Positions 10,918 to 25,155 of a stretch of 64,000 nucleotides of DNA are shown here, one piece after another. How positions within the stretch are numbered: the stretch's first letter is position 1; each line of letters starts with the position of its first letter. The notes under the pieces were generated by a model, which was not told where the DNA came from, made no database searches, and saw nothing but the letters and a program-made list of their open reading frames with translations. This DNA comes from the human T2T-CHM13v2.0 reference genome, Homo sapiens. Both the position numbers and the translations under genes were made by a program. The DNA lies in the NCBI RefSeq assembly GCF_009914755.1, contig NC_060941.1, one strand, 5' to 3'.

Positions 10918-12257
10918 ACAGGTGTGCATTAACTCAGGCCTACCACAATCCCTGAATTGCAATTTATGTCACATTTTAGTCCCCTTGCTGATACTAGAGA
11001 AACCCCAGAAGCATGATTACAAGTCATCATTTAGCATAGTTTAAGCACGTGATTCATTTTCATTTTTATTTTAGAAGGTGGCATTTTCTGACCCACCTTG
11101 GAGATGCGCCCTTTGAGGAGCCTGCAGCCTCCTGCACCTGAAGAAAGTGGCCCACTCATGAAAACGCCCAGGCTCCCAGTTGGGGAGAACCATCTCCACC
11201 AGAGGGGGATCCAGATCCAGTGGAGAAGAATTTTTTTTATTGTTTTTAGATAAACTGTCTTCAAATAGTGCAGCACGGGCACTTCCTGCCTCGATGGAAA
11301 TTCAGCACACTTCCTGCTGCTCACCTGCCCCATCTGTGTTTATCTTCTGCCTCAATCATGTGAAGGCCAAATGGGTGGCATGAGTGCAACTGGGCCAGCT
11401 GTGGCTGGGGGCAGCAACAGCTCCATGTTTTGAGGCCAGATGGAGGCTGCTTTGGTCTAGGAGGTGGAGGGGAGCCAGTGGCTGCTTCAGGCCTCCCTGT
11501 GTGGAGTGCTTGGAGCTGGAAGTAGAAGCAGGGCCCAACTGGGGGCTCCATTGGATGAAGCACACCATCCCATCCAAAAGCCTGCTCCCAATGTCCTCAC
11601 TGAGCTCTCTTTGTTTCTTTCTGTTTCTTCTATATGTATACATATCAAATATGTGTGTGTGTGTGTGTCTATGTATGTGTGTGAAACAGAAAGAAGCAAA
11701 GAGTCCTTTGCACTTTATCAAAGGTACTCTACTAATTCCTTTACACTTTTATCAAAGATATTCACTTGTCAGGGACACTAGAGCAGTGTCCAGGCTGCAT
11801 GTAACATCAGCTGGGAAGCTTTTATAAATTAAAACAACTATAAAATAGTTGCAGGCATTTTCAAGTTTTTATTAAGCCTCATAAAAACTTGAAAATGTCT
11901 ATAAGACACCTACACTACAGGTCTCCATGGCTCTCTGCAAAACATGACCAAGCTCAAAAAGACACACAAGGTTAGAAGACACCACAGATTTGGCAACAGC
12001 CCATGATCCTTGGGTTTATCTCCCCTCAGAGTGGCTCCTTAAAGTGACACTGGCACTTTTCTGAAACGCTTTCCTGCAGGTTCTTGAGCACACTCTAATG
12101 GAAGCTCTCTCTCAGAATTATGCACATGAGAGTGTCATTGTAGAATGCTTTTTAGCATATCCACCACAGGTATAATGAAACACAGGCTACATACTGATAA
12201 AATGGAAGGACCAAATGAAACAAGCCTATTCATACACATTTCTGTGTCTCTTTGCAT

Positions 12258-12380
12258 CTGTGGTTTTCAGACTTTAGTGTGCATCAGAATCGCCCAGAGG
12301 ACTTGTTAAAACACAGATTGCTAGGCCGCACCCCAGAGTTTCAGATTCAGTAGGTCTGAGATGAGGCCCCAGGAGCTGCA
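12258..12380. mobile_element. MER5A (hAT-Charlie) fragment
   Basis: GTGCATCAGAATCGCCC..TTGTTAAAACACAGATTGCT..GATTCAGTAGGTCTG. Confidence 0.8.
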
Positions 12381-12943
12381 GCAAGTAAAACGGGCAGCAA
12401 CAGCTACTGCGTCACCTGAGGCCCATTTGCGACAGTCTCTGCTCTGTGTGATAAAAAAGATCACATTTTCCTTTCCTCTAGGTCTGATGTGAGGCTGGCT
12501 TGTTTTACATTGGGCATCTCTGAGAAAGTATCAGGAAAAAGGCAGACAAAGCAGAAGTGCCTGAAATGATATTTATTAATTTGGATTCTGAGTAGCTAAA
12601 TTGAAACTTGATTGTGCCCTTACCCCTAGCTCCTCCTGGGCCTGGAGCAAGGACAGGCTACGTCTGAGGCAGCAGGCATTGGAAGGAGTAGGATCGGGTT
12701 AGGGCTAGTTTTAGGGCAAATGAGGTACCTCCATCCTTACCGTCCAGCTATGTAGTAACAAATTAGCCTCTTCTAGATGGTCTGAAGTCTATTATATAAA
12801 GTTTGGCTTGTATAAGTGTTTCTAAAAGTGTTTTAACATGAAAAATTTTAAACACATGGAAACTTACGAAGAATAGTACAATGAACACCTATATATACCC
12901 AGGAACAAAATTCAATTATTATTAAAATTTTGCTTCTTGTTTC

Positions 12944-13180
12944 TTGGCTCACTACAACCTCTGCATCCCAGGTTCAAGTGATTCTTGTGCCTCGAGCCTC
13001 CCGAATAGCTGAGATCATGGGCATGCACCACCACAACCCTGCTAATTTTTGTAATTTTTTAATAGAGACAGGGTTTCTCCATGTTGGCTAAGCTGGTCTC
13101 AAACCCCTGGCCTCAAATGATCCACCCACCTCAGCCTCCCAAAGTGCTGGGGTTACAGGCGTGAGCCACTGCGCCTGGCC
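12944..13180 (-). mobile_element. Alu, 3'-truncated
   Basis: Antisense Alu lacking its tail end. Confidence 0.9.
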
Positions 13181-13542
13181 CATTTGTTTCATTTATATAT
13201 ATGATCTATATTTTTTGCTGACATCATCTCCAAAAAAGTAAGGACATCTGCACAGTCACAATGTCATTATCACCTAAACATTAACAGTATTCCCCAATAT
13301 TGCCTTATATCATCTCTTCCTTTTATCCCCAAAATGTTTTATGGATATTGTTTCTTTGAGTCACACACAGAACCTAGGCAAGGTCAGGGCCAGGGTGATA
13401 TGGGTTAAAAGGACTCCAGAAAACTCAGTAATCAAGAGTAATAATATTGTAATGCAATATTTCAAAAAGTCCAATTGGCTAACTACAGCCCATAGGCCAG
13501 CTGCGTGTTTTTGCAGGAAAAGTTTTATGGGGCTGGGATTAG

Positions 13543-13866
<324 letters not shown>

Positions 13867-14046
13867 TAATAACTGGCAGAAGTATGGGGTGAAAAAATAA
13901 ATTAATATTTCTAGATATTGAAACACCTCTTTCAAAAACTATATTTCACATAGGCAAAAAGTTAAGCAAAGATGAAGAACATTTGAATAAGCCTGATCTA
14001 ATAAGCATAAATAGAATTGATCACTCATAAGAACTACATTTTTTTA

Positions 14047-14384
<338 letters not shown>

Positions 14385-15084
14385 CTAGACAACAGAGAAA
14401 ACCTCAAGGAGATCCAAAAAGTTCATATCATGTAGACTTTCTCTAACTATAATGTAATAAAATTAAAAATGAATTTTGAAAATTCCCTTTAAAAGTTCCA
14501 TGTAATTGTAAACTAAAACGTGTGTCTAAAAAAAGTTTACATAAAGAAGAAATCATAAGGAAAATTATTAAATATTTAGAACTAAACAAAAATGAAAGCA
14601 CTTTGTGTCTTTCTAATGCTGTAATTAGAAGGGAATTTGTAGGTATAGATACATTAATTTAAAAACTAGAAAGCTTTTCCTTTTCTTTAATGAGATAAGT
14701 GTTTAACTGAAAATTTAGAAACAAAACAATAGAGTTAGCCTAAAGAAACAAGATGGAAGGGAATGATAATCAATAAAATAGAGAACAAAATATTATAAAG
14801 AAGATTGATAAAACAAAAAATAATTCTCCAAAAGACTGATCATGGGGAGGAGAGTGAGAGAGACTAAGGAAATTCAAAGTACTATGACACAGAATGAAAA
14901 GGAGATAGTATACAGTCAAAAAGGGGATTTAAAATTTAAGAAAAATATACTATAAACTATATGCCAGTAAAATTTAAAATCTAGATGACGATAAATTGCT
15001 AGAAGGGTATAAAATGCCAAAATTTGCATAAGAAGAAACATAAAATTTGAATATTGAAATAAAATGAAAGAAAATAAATAGGTA

Positions 15085-15402
15085 GGCTGGGTGCAGTGGT
15101 TCACACTTGTAATCCCAGAACTTGGGGAGGCCAAGGTGGGCAGATTGCTTGAGCCTAGCAGTTCAAGACCAGCCTGGACAATATAGTGAAACCCCATCTC
15201 TATCAAAAAATACAAAAATTAGCTGGGTGCAGTGGTGCACACCTGTAGTTCCAGCTACTAGGGAGGCTGAGGCGGGAGGATCCCTTGAACCTGAGAGGCA
15301 GAGATTGCGGTGAGCCAAGATTGGGTCACTGCACTCCAGCCTGGGCGACGACAGAGTGAGATGACCCTGCCTCAAAAACAAACAAACAAAAACAAAACAA
15401 AA
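15085..15402 (+). mobile_element. AluJ-like
   Basis: Alu dimer with (CAAAA)n tail. Confidence 0.9.
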
Positions 15403-15698
15403 GACCAGGTGTGGTGGCTCATGCCTGTGATCCCGGCATTTTGGGAGGCCAAGGCAGGTAAACCACTTGAGCTCAGGAGTTCGAGACCAACCTGGGCAAC
15501 ATAGTAAGATCCCCATCTCTACAAAAAATACAAAAATTAGCTGGATGTCATGGCATGCACCTGTGGTCCCAGCTATTTGGGAGGCTGAGGCGGGAGGATC
15601 ACTTGAGCCCAGAAGACAGAGATTGCTTTGAGCTGAGATCACACTGCTGCATGCCAGCCTGGGCAACAGAGCAAGACGCTGTCTCAAAAAGAAAAAAA
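15403..15698 (+). mobile_element. AluJ-like, tandem to the previous Alu
   Basis: Alu dimer; tail expanded into a GA-rich tract. Confidence 0.9.
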
Positions 15699-15878
15699 CA
15701 GAAAGAAAGAAGAAAAAAAAGAAAAGGAAAGAGAAAAGAAAAAGGAAAGGAGGGAGGGAGAGAGAGAGAAAGAAAGAAAAGAAAGAAAAAGAAAAAAGGA
15801 AGGAAAAGAAAAGAAAGAGAGGGAAGAAAGAAAGAGAAAGAAAAAGAAAGAGAAGGAAGGAAGGAAGGAAAGGGAAAT
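15690..15878 (+). repeat. GA-rich polypurine microsatellite
   Basis: ~190 bp almost pure purine (AAAG/GGAA/GAGA mix). Confidence 0.95.
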
Positions 15879-16308
15879 TGGCAGTCAAGATATCCTCCAC
15901 CATCCCTCAAATTCTCTGGACTTGATAATTCCATAGGTAAGTTTCACCACACTTGTGAGGAATAAAACCCCATATCTTGTGCATGTTTTTCCAGAAAATA
16001 AAAATAGAAAGTTACCCAAATCATTCTGTGGAACTGGTATAAACTTGATTCCAAAGTCATATAAAACAGCAAAAGAAAATAAAATTATAGGCTCATTTTA
16101 CTTATCAGCAAAGATAGGAAAATTCAAAATAAAATATTAGTAAAGCAAATACAAAAGAGGACAAAAAGTAGGGCTTATCAAAGTAATTTGACATTAGAAT
16201 ATTAATCAATATAAAAGAAAAACATAGTTATCTCAGTAAATGCAAAAAAAGCATTTGGCAAAGGTAAACAGCTCTTTATGGTTTTTTTAAAAAACTATCA
16301 GGAAGTTA

Positions 16309-16611
<303 letters not shown>

Positions 16612-16665
16612 AAAGTTAGGAATAGAATATCCTCCTTAACTTGACATCTACTAAAAACCTGCAGA

Positions 16666-17324
16666 GCCATAAAAAATGATGAGTTCATGTCCTCTGTAGG
16701 GACATGGATGAAATTGGAAATTATCATTCTCAGTAAACTATCTCAAGGACAAAAAACCAAACACCGCATGTTCTCACTCATAGATGGGAATTGAACAATG
16801 AGAACACATGGACGCAGGAAGGGGAACATCACACTCTGGGAACTGTTGTGGGGTGGGGGGAGGGGGGAGGGATAGCATTAGGAGATATACCTAATGCTAA
16901 ATGACGAGTTAATGGGTGCAGCACACCAGCATGGCACATGTATACATATGTAACTAACCTGCACATTGTGCACATGTACCCTAAAACTTAAAGTATAATA
17001 ATAATAATAAAATAATAATAATAATCAGAATTAGAGTAATTGGGATATCCATCTCTTCAAACATTTGTCTTTTCTTTGTGCTGGGAATATTACACATCTT
17101 CTCTTCTAGCTATTGTGAAGAATAAAATAAATTATTTGTAACTGTAATATTTATATTATAAATATACTTTACTATTGAATACTAGAACTTAGTTCCTCTA
17201 CAGAACGGCGTTTTTGTACCGCTTCACCAAGTTAGTTCTTTCACCCTCATTCCCCTTCCAGACTCTGGTAACCACCATTCTACTCTCTACCTCCATAAAA
17301 TGCACTTTAAAAAAAAAAAAAAAA
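16666..17324 (+). mobile_element. 5'-truncated L1PA3-like 3' end with ~280-bp 3' transduction
   Basis: Young L1 3'UTR 16666-16999, (TAA)n tail to ~17025, antisense L1MA sequence 17026-17308, second poly(A) 17309-17324; TSD AAAAA(C/A)CTGCAGA 16653-16665 / 17319-17331. Confidence 0.9.
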
Positions 17325-17568
17325 CTGCAGAAAGACATTATGGTTAGCTGAAAAATTTCAGATTCATTTTGCTTTAAAATGGGGAGAAAAGATAAGGATA
17401 CCCATTGTCAAAGTTACTTTTAATTGTAGTATTGGAGGTATTTGCCATCATTATAAGGCAAGAAAAATAAATTAGAGGTGGAAGGATTATATAGAGAAGC
17501 AAAAATGTACGAATAAGAAAGTTCCCCAAGGTTGTCATGCAAATAATCACTTACAAAATTAATAATGC

Positions 17569-18026
17569 TGTATTAGTCAGGGGTCTCTCAAGAAACAGAA
17601 TTAGTAGGATACATTCATTCATTCATTTATTATAAGAAATAATAAAGGATTTATTAGAAGGAATTGTCTTATGTGATTATGGAGGCTGGCAAATCCAAAT
17701 CTGTCCAAGTCTGAGTCAATATCCCAGTTTAAGTGTGAAGTCAGAAAGCTCCTGTAGAACCAGGAAGAGCCAATGACTCATTTCAAAAGCCATCAGGCAG
17801 GAGAATTCTACTCGGCGGATGGTCAGCCTTTTCTTCTGGTCAGGCCTTCAACTGATTGGATGAGGCCCATCCACATTATAGAGGGCAATCTGCTTGCATC
17901 AGTCTACAATTTAAATGTTAAGCTCATCCAAAAAACAGCCTCACAGAAACACCTAGAATAATGTGTGACCAAATACCTAGGCACCCCATGGCCCAGTCAA
18001 GCTGACACATAAATCTAACCAATACA
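17569..18026 (-). mobile_element. MLT2-type ERVL solo LTR
   Basis: TGTATTAGTCAGGG start; CCTTCAACTGATTGGATGAGGCCC; CCCAGTCAAGCTGACACATAAA..ACA end. Confidence 0.85.
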
Positions 18027-18044
18027 GTGTTCCTCCTCATTAAG

Positions 18045-18335
18045 GTAAAATATTAAAAACTGTCTCCAGTGAATCATGCCTCTCTGGATCCATCCCTTTG
18101 CAATGTGCCTTTGCTCTCCTGCCCACCATCAGGCCCTCAGACATGTGAATGAAGCCATCTGGAAGCCTCTAAGACAGTCCAGTCACCCCACTGATGTCAT
18201 GTGGAGCACTTCCTGTGGAGCGCTGCCTGAAACTCTGACCCCTGGGTTCGTAAGTAACAACATGGTTGTATTTATTCGCTGAGTTTAGGGAGTGGTTTAT
18301 TATGCAGCCATACATAAGTGACATAACTGATACTA
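18045..18335 (+). mobile_element. MLT1 (F/G-like) LTR fragment
   Basis: CCCTTTGCAATGTG..GTGGTTTATTATGCAGC..TAACTGATA. Confidence 0.6.
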
Positions 18336-18495
18336 CTAATACAATAAGTAGTGAGAAAATATGAATTAAGATACATCACAGTAGCACCAGAAATTATTGT
18401 GTATCCTGGAATTAACCTAACACAACTGCACAAAATCTTTATGAGGAAAAATATAAAACTCCTTTAAAGGATGTTTTAAAAGACTCAGATAATGA

Positions 18496-18819
<324 letters not shown>

Positions 18820-19380
18820 TGAAGTGTACCTGACCTACAATTGATAGTACATTTTAAAGTGAACAATTTAGGTTTTGACATATGTATACACCTGTGCAAT
18901 CACCACCCCTAAAAATGGTGAACATATATCCATGGTGAACATATATCCATCATTCCCAAAACTTTTCTCATGTCTTTTTGCAACCCTTTCCTCTCACCTC
19001 TCCCTGAACCCTTTCCCATTCCCAAGCAGCCATTAACCATTTTTTGTCACTATAGATTAATTTTCATTACTAGAATTTTATATAAATAGAATTATCCAGC
19101 AATTTTATTGTCTGGCTTCTTTAACTCAGCATAATTATTTTGAGGTTCATCCCTGGGGTTGTGTGTATCAGTAATGTATTCCTCTTTATTGCCAAGTAGT
19201 GTTATTCCATGGTTTGTATGTACCATAATTTGTTTACTCATTCACCCATTGATGCACATTTAGGTTGTCTCCAGTTTTGAACTAATACAAATAAAGCTGA
19301 CATGAATATTCATATCCAAGTCTTTATATTGACTTATACTTTCATATCTCTTGGATAAATACTCAGGAGTGGAATGGCTG

Positions 19381-20232
19381 GGTCTTTCAGGAGGTATTCC
19401 AGAAGAAGGGATTGTTAACACAGGAGAAGACAGCTCCATGCATGTTATTTCCCCCGAAGATCTCCCAGTGGGACAAGACGTGGAGGTGGAAGACAGTGAT
19501 ATTAGTGATATTGATGATCCTGATGATTTGTAGGCCCAGGCTAATGTGTGTGTTTGTGTCTTAGTTTGGGACAAAAAAGTTTAAAAAGTAAAAAAAAAAC
19601 AAAAACTTTTTAATAGAAAAATGCTTATAGAATAAGGATATGAAGAAAAAATTGTTCTGTGCAGCTATACAATGTGTGTTATACATTAAGTGTTATTAAA
19701 GAGTCAGAAGTTTTAAAATATCAAAAAGTTTATGAAATTAAAAAGTTACAATAAGCTAAGGTTAATTTATTATTGAAGAAAGAAAAATATTTTAAAAATA
19801 AATTTAGTGTAGCCTAAGTGTACAGTGTTTACAAAGTAAACAGTAGTTACAGTAATGTCCTAGGCCTTCACAGTGACTCACCCTCACTCACTGACTCACT
19901 CAGAGCAACTTCCAGTCCTGCAAGCTCCATTAACGGTAAATGCCCTATCCAGGTGTACCATTTTCTGTTTTATACATATTTTTACTATGCCACCTCTATG
20001 TTTAGATGCACAAATACTTCCCGTTGTGTTACAATTGCCTAAAATATTCAGGACAGTAACATGCTGTACAAGTTTGTAGCCTATCCAATAGGCTATCCCA
20101 CATATCCTAGGTGTATAGTAGGTTATACCGTCTAGATTTGTATAGTACACTCTACGATGTCTGCACAATGATAGAATCATCTGACAATACATTTCTCAGA
20201 ACATATCTCTGTTGCTAAGTGGCACATGACTG
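19381..20232. mobile_element. Tigger3/GOLEM-type DNA transposon, one end missing
   Basis: CAGGAGGTATTCCAGAAGAAGG..GTGGAGGTGGAAGACAGTGATATT; terminal ..CTAAGTGGCACATGACTG. Confidence 0.85.
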
Positions 20233-21131
20233 CACTTATTTGCCATCTACATGCCTTCTTTGGTGAAATATCTATTCAAATATTTTGCCCATCTAAAAAA
20301 GTTGAGTTGCTTCTTATTATTGAGTTTTGAGAGTGCTGAGTATATTCTGGATACAAGTCCTTTATTAAGTATATGATTTGCAAATATTTACTTCAGTCTC
20401 TGGGCTGTCTTTTTATTGTCTTACCAAGATGTTTCAAAGAGCAGAGATTCTTAATTTTGCTAAAGTCCAGTTTATCAATTTCTCCTTTTATGGATTATGC
20501 TTTTGGTGTAGCTAAGAAATCATTGCCTAATACAAGGTCACAAAGATTTTCTTCTAGAAATGTTCATGTTTTAGGTTTTACCTTTAGGTCTGTGATACAT
20601 CTGAATTAATTTTTGAATATTTTATGAGATAAGAATCAAAATCTATTGTTTTGCCTATGGATATCCAGTTATTCTAGTACCGTTTATTTAAAAGACTGTC
20701 CTTTCTCCACTGAGTTGTCTTTGCACTTTTAATAAAAACCAGTTGTCCATGTAAGTGCAGGTCTATTTCTGGACTCTGTTTGAGTCCATTGATCTATTTT
20801 TTTCATGTCAATGTTCTCAGCTTCCACCTTAAGATTCTTAAACAAAAAAGAAGAGTAAATTAAATCTAAAGTAATCAGAAGAAAGGAAATAGCAAAGATT
20901 AGAGTGGAAATCAACACACTAGAAAACAGAAAAATAATAGAAAAAAATTCAGTGGAACAAAAAGCTCTTTCTTTGAGAAGATCAATAAGATTGAAAACTT
21001 CTAGCCACACTAATCAGGAAAGAAAGGGAGGATAAAAATTAGCAATATCAGGAATGAGACAGCCAACATCCCCACGGGCTCTCAGATATTAGAGGATGAT
21101 AAGGGAATTTTATGAACAATTTTATGACAAT

Positions 21132-21421
21132 TTTTTTTGAGATAGGATCTCACTCTGTCACCCAAGCATATAATGCAGTGGCATGATCAGAGCTCACTGC
21201 AGCCTCAAACTCCTAGACTCAAGCGATCCTCCTACCCCAGACCCCTGAGTAGCTGGGACTACAGGCATGTACGACAACAACCAGCTAATTTAAAAAATTG
21301 TTTTTGTAGAGACAGGGTCTTGCAATGTTGCTCAGGCTGGTCTCAAACTCCAAACCTCAGGCAATCTCCCATCAGCCCCTCAGTGGGCTGGGATTACAGA
21401 TGTGAGCCACCACCCCTGGCC
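21132..21421 (-). mobile_element. AluJ-like
   Basis: Antisense dimer. Confidence 0.88.
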
Positions 21422-21507
21422 TTAGGGAAACTTATATGACAACTTAGATGAAAAGGACAAATTTTTTGAAAGACAAACTACCAAAACTCATTCAACAAGA
21501 AATAGAT

Positions 21508-21915
<408 letters not shown>

Positions 21916-21936
21916 CTATTAAAGAAATAGACAATT

Positions 21937-22237
21937 GGCCAGGCGCGGTGGCTCACGCCTGTAATCCCAGCACTTTGGGAGGCCGAGGCGGGCGGATCAC
22001 GAGGTCAGGAGATCGAGACCATCCTGGCTAACACAGTGAAACCCCGTCTCTACTAAAAATACAAAAAATTAGCCAGGCGAGGTAGCGGGCGCCTGTAGTC
22101 CCAGCTACTCAGGAGGCTGAGGCAGGAGAATGGTGTGAACCCCGGGGGGCGGAGCCTGCAGTGAGCCGAGATTGTGCCACTGCACTCCAGCCTGGGCGAC
22201 AGCAAGACTCCGTCTCAAAAAAAAAAAAAAAGAAAAA
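21937..22237 (+). mobile_element. AluY (Ye-like)
   Basis: GATCGAGACCATCCTGGCTAAC, GCGAGGT, GAACCCCGGGGGGCGGAGCCTGC; TSD AAAGAAATAGA. Confidence 0.92.
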
Positions 22238-22842
22238 AGAAATAGAATCTGAAGTTCAAAATCCTTCCCACAGAGAAAACTTCAGGCCCAGGTAGCTTCT
22301 CTGGTGAATTCCATCACATTTAAGGAATAACTAATACCAATTCTGCACAAACTCTTTCAGAAAATTGAAGAGGAGTTAACACTCCCCAACTCATTCTATG
22401 AGGCCAACATTATACTGTTATTAAATTCAGACAAAGACTTTGCAAGGAAAAAGAAAAGAAAGAAACAATCCCAAACCAAAAAGTTACAGACCAATACCCC
22501 TCATGACAAATATCTCTCTTAAAATGTTAGCAACATGTTCATGGATAAGATGACCTTAACAATTCTAAGATATTAATTCGCTCCCAAATTCATCTATAAA
22601 TTTATGCAAGATGATTCAAAATTCCAACAGGACTTTTTCAAGTAAAAATTTTAATGAAGTATATACATACAGAAAGCTACACCAATTATTAAGTACACAG
22701 CACAATAGATTTTTGCAAAATGAATAACTCTATATAAACATGATCCAGATTAAAAAAAAAAAACTAAAGTATTATCTGCACCCCCACCCTGGAAACTAGA
22801 GAATAGCCTTGCCTATTTTGAACTCTATATAAACGGAGCATG

Positions 22843-23142
22843 GGCTGGGTTCCGTGGCTCACACCTGTAATCCCAACACTTTAGGAAGCCTAGATGGGCA
22901 GATCGTTTGAGCCCAGGAATTCAAGACTAGCCTGGGCAACATGGTGAAAGCCCATCTCTACAAAAAATACAAAAAAATTAGCTGGGTGTGGTGGCACATA
23001 CCTGTAGTCCCAGCTACTCAGGAGGCTGAGGCAGGCAGATCTATCGAGCCCAGGAAGTCAAGGCTATAATGAGCTATGATTGTGCCACTGCACTCCAGTC
23101 TGGGCAACAGAGTGAAACCTTGTCAAAAAAAAAAAAAAAAAA
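22843..23142 (+). mobile_element. AluJ-like
   Basis: Alu dimer with A tail. Confidence 0.9.
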
Positions 23143-23489
23143 GGAATATGGATGGTGTATAAAAGGAAAGTACGTAATTGAATAAAACAAGAGCAGTTCC
23201 TTGGTGATGATAACGTACCATGAATTGAGGGGTATGATGAATTCAACCCTCTCCACCTGAGAGATCTCTAAAAACCTACAAAACAAACTAGCAGAAAACA
23301 TAAAGCCTTCTGGTGAGCCTACCTTATCAAGTCAAGACAAATCTGAATTCCAGTGGTAGACACAATTTAGGTTCTTCCTGCTTCCATCTCTCCACCCCCA
23401 CGAGCTCCAAATAGAATGAAGTTCTTTTGGGATTAATAACATCCTAGACTGGGTGGGTGTTAGGCGCTCCTCATTCTTGTAGTTGGGCT

Positions 23490-23645
23490 CTTCTCATCGC
23501 TCAGTTTCTTCATCTGCTAAATGGGTTTACTTGTCCTATCTAATTCACAAGCATTTGAGGAGGAAGATCAAAATAGGGTAAGATATCTGAAAACAATTTG
23601 TGAACTATAAAGCATTGTTAAAATAAAAGCCATCATAATTATTAT
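23490..23645 (+). mobile_element. MIR fragment
   Basis: CTCAGTTTCTTCATCTGCTAAATGGG core. Confidence 0.65.
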
Positions 23646-23657
23646 TTTAAAAGTTTC

Positions 23658-23743
23658 CCATGGCACACATTTACCTATGTAACAAACTTGCACATCCTGC
23701 ACATGTACCCCTGAACTTAAAATAAAAGTCAAAGGAAAAAAAA
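23658..23743 (+). mobile_element. Very short old L1PA 3' end
   Basis: TTTACCTATGTAACAAAC..CACATGTACCCCTGAACTTAAAATAAAAG; TSD AAAAGTTTC. Confidence 0.85.
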
Positions 23744-24394
23744 AGTTTCAAGCAATTCCAGCCTGGATTAAAAAACAAAAAAAAACAGAAAAACTTTATT
23801 TTATAATGTGAAATATTTTAGGACAATATAAGTATTTTGATTTCTGGGGGGAAATAGGTCCCCAAATTGAACTCTTAAGTGCCATGGTTTGTGTATATTG
23901 CTTATTTCTTTATGTGTTGAACTTCAGATTACGTGTAATAAACAGTCTGTGGTGCAATGCAATTGATTTTCCTGCATTGAAAGTTGAATTAAATGTGCAT
24001 TACTCTGGGGCTGGTCACCATGGGGGAAGCTTAAAAGGTCTGATGGAAAATATATGAAGACCATTAAGGCTTGCTAGGCCCCATCTCCCTTGGTTAGAAA
24101 CATGAACACTAGTAGCATCAAATTCATCTCCTTTCAGCTCTGTAATCCAAGAGGGAACAGAGTTCCTCTCTTCCAGCTTCAGGGAAACACTTCAGGGAGA
24201 GGCTGATTGGCCTAGCCCGGGTCTCATTCCAAGAAGTGTGTCCAGTGGATGAGGCCAGTTATCAAAAGGGGTGGGGGAAGGATGCTGAGCAGATTAAACA
24301 GTAACATCCACCTCCTACATTTTCTGAAATGTTGATACATTCACTCAAGTTGGGGAGTTTCTCCTGCTTCTCCAGGGTGGTCGTCTTTGATTTG

Positions 24395-24525
24395 CAGCGT
24401 CTTTTCCTACGTTTCTCACGTGGGAGGAAGCCCCGTGGGATGGATCTGCTGCCTGGTTCAGCGAGAAGGCTTTGCGGTGCAAGCCTCCTGCGTGCTGGGT
24501 CGGCCCGCCCCCGGCTATCGAAGAC
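24395..24525. promoter_or_regulatory. Candidate CpG-retaining regulatory element
   Basis: Non-repeat stretch with clustered CpGs, CACGTG, GCGTG and GC box CCCGCCCC. Confidence 0.35.
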
Positions 24526-24603
24526 AGAAGAGGAGAAGGGCTCTGTCAGGGTTCTCCCAGCACTAATTCCAGAAAAATTGGAATAGTAGCCTTTACAGTG
24601 TCT

Positions 24604-25155
24604 CTGTTAGGTTTCCGTTTGCTACGGTAACAGAAATATAGAGGATTTATTGGCTCCCATTGCTTAAAATGTGGGTCGCTGGTGGGGGTGGGGGATGGGA
24701 TGTGGGGCAATCAGGGCTCCCGCTCTGGTTCTTGGGACTCCCCAGGCTCATCTTTCCCCTGTGCTGGCAGCAAGGTGGCTGCCACAATTCTAGGCCACAC
24801 CTGACAACATGCCCAGGAAGACAGCCTCTTCCGGCAGCGATCTCTTCAGCACCAGGGTGTAATGTCCCAGAAGCTGCCAGCAGACTTCTCCTCACATCTC
24901 AGTGACTCCAACCCCTTTGTGAACCCATCCCTGTGTCCAGGGAGACGTCATGCGTGAATCCGCTCAGGCCTGGATTCCTGAAACAATCAATGGTTAGGGA
25001 TAGAAATCCGCTTAGGCCAATTGGACCAATCCCTGGTGCTGGCAATGAGGTCAGTCTTGAAGCACATGGGTTACGTGAGGGAAGGCAGGAATCTGAATGA
25101 AAGCTGGGATACTGTAGGGCAGAAGGAAATGGGTGCTGGGTAGGAAACACCTTAA
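24604..25155 (-). mobile_element. MLT1 (J/K/L-like) LTR
   Basis: GGATTTATTGGCTC, CCCAGAAGC..CAGCAGACTTCTCCTCACATCTC, GGGTGCTGGGTAGG. Confidence 0.65.

Noticed and set aside
11031-11827. Cluster of 70-147 aa ORFs with an acceptor-like TTTTATTTTAG near 11073
   Set aside because: No recognisable domain; overlapping frames on both strands run through a TG repeat; a lncRNA exon cannot be excluded but is unsupported
15163-15965. 246-aa hydrophobic and 136-aa basic ORFs
   Set aside because: Alu plus GA-microsatellite read-through
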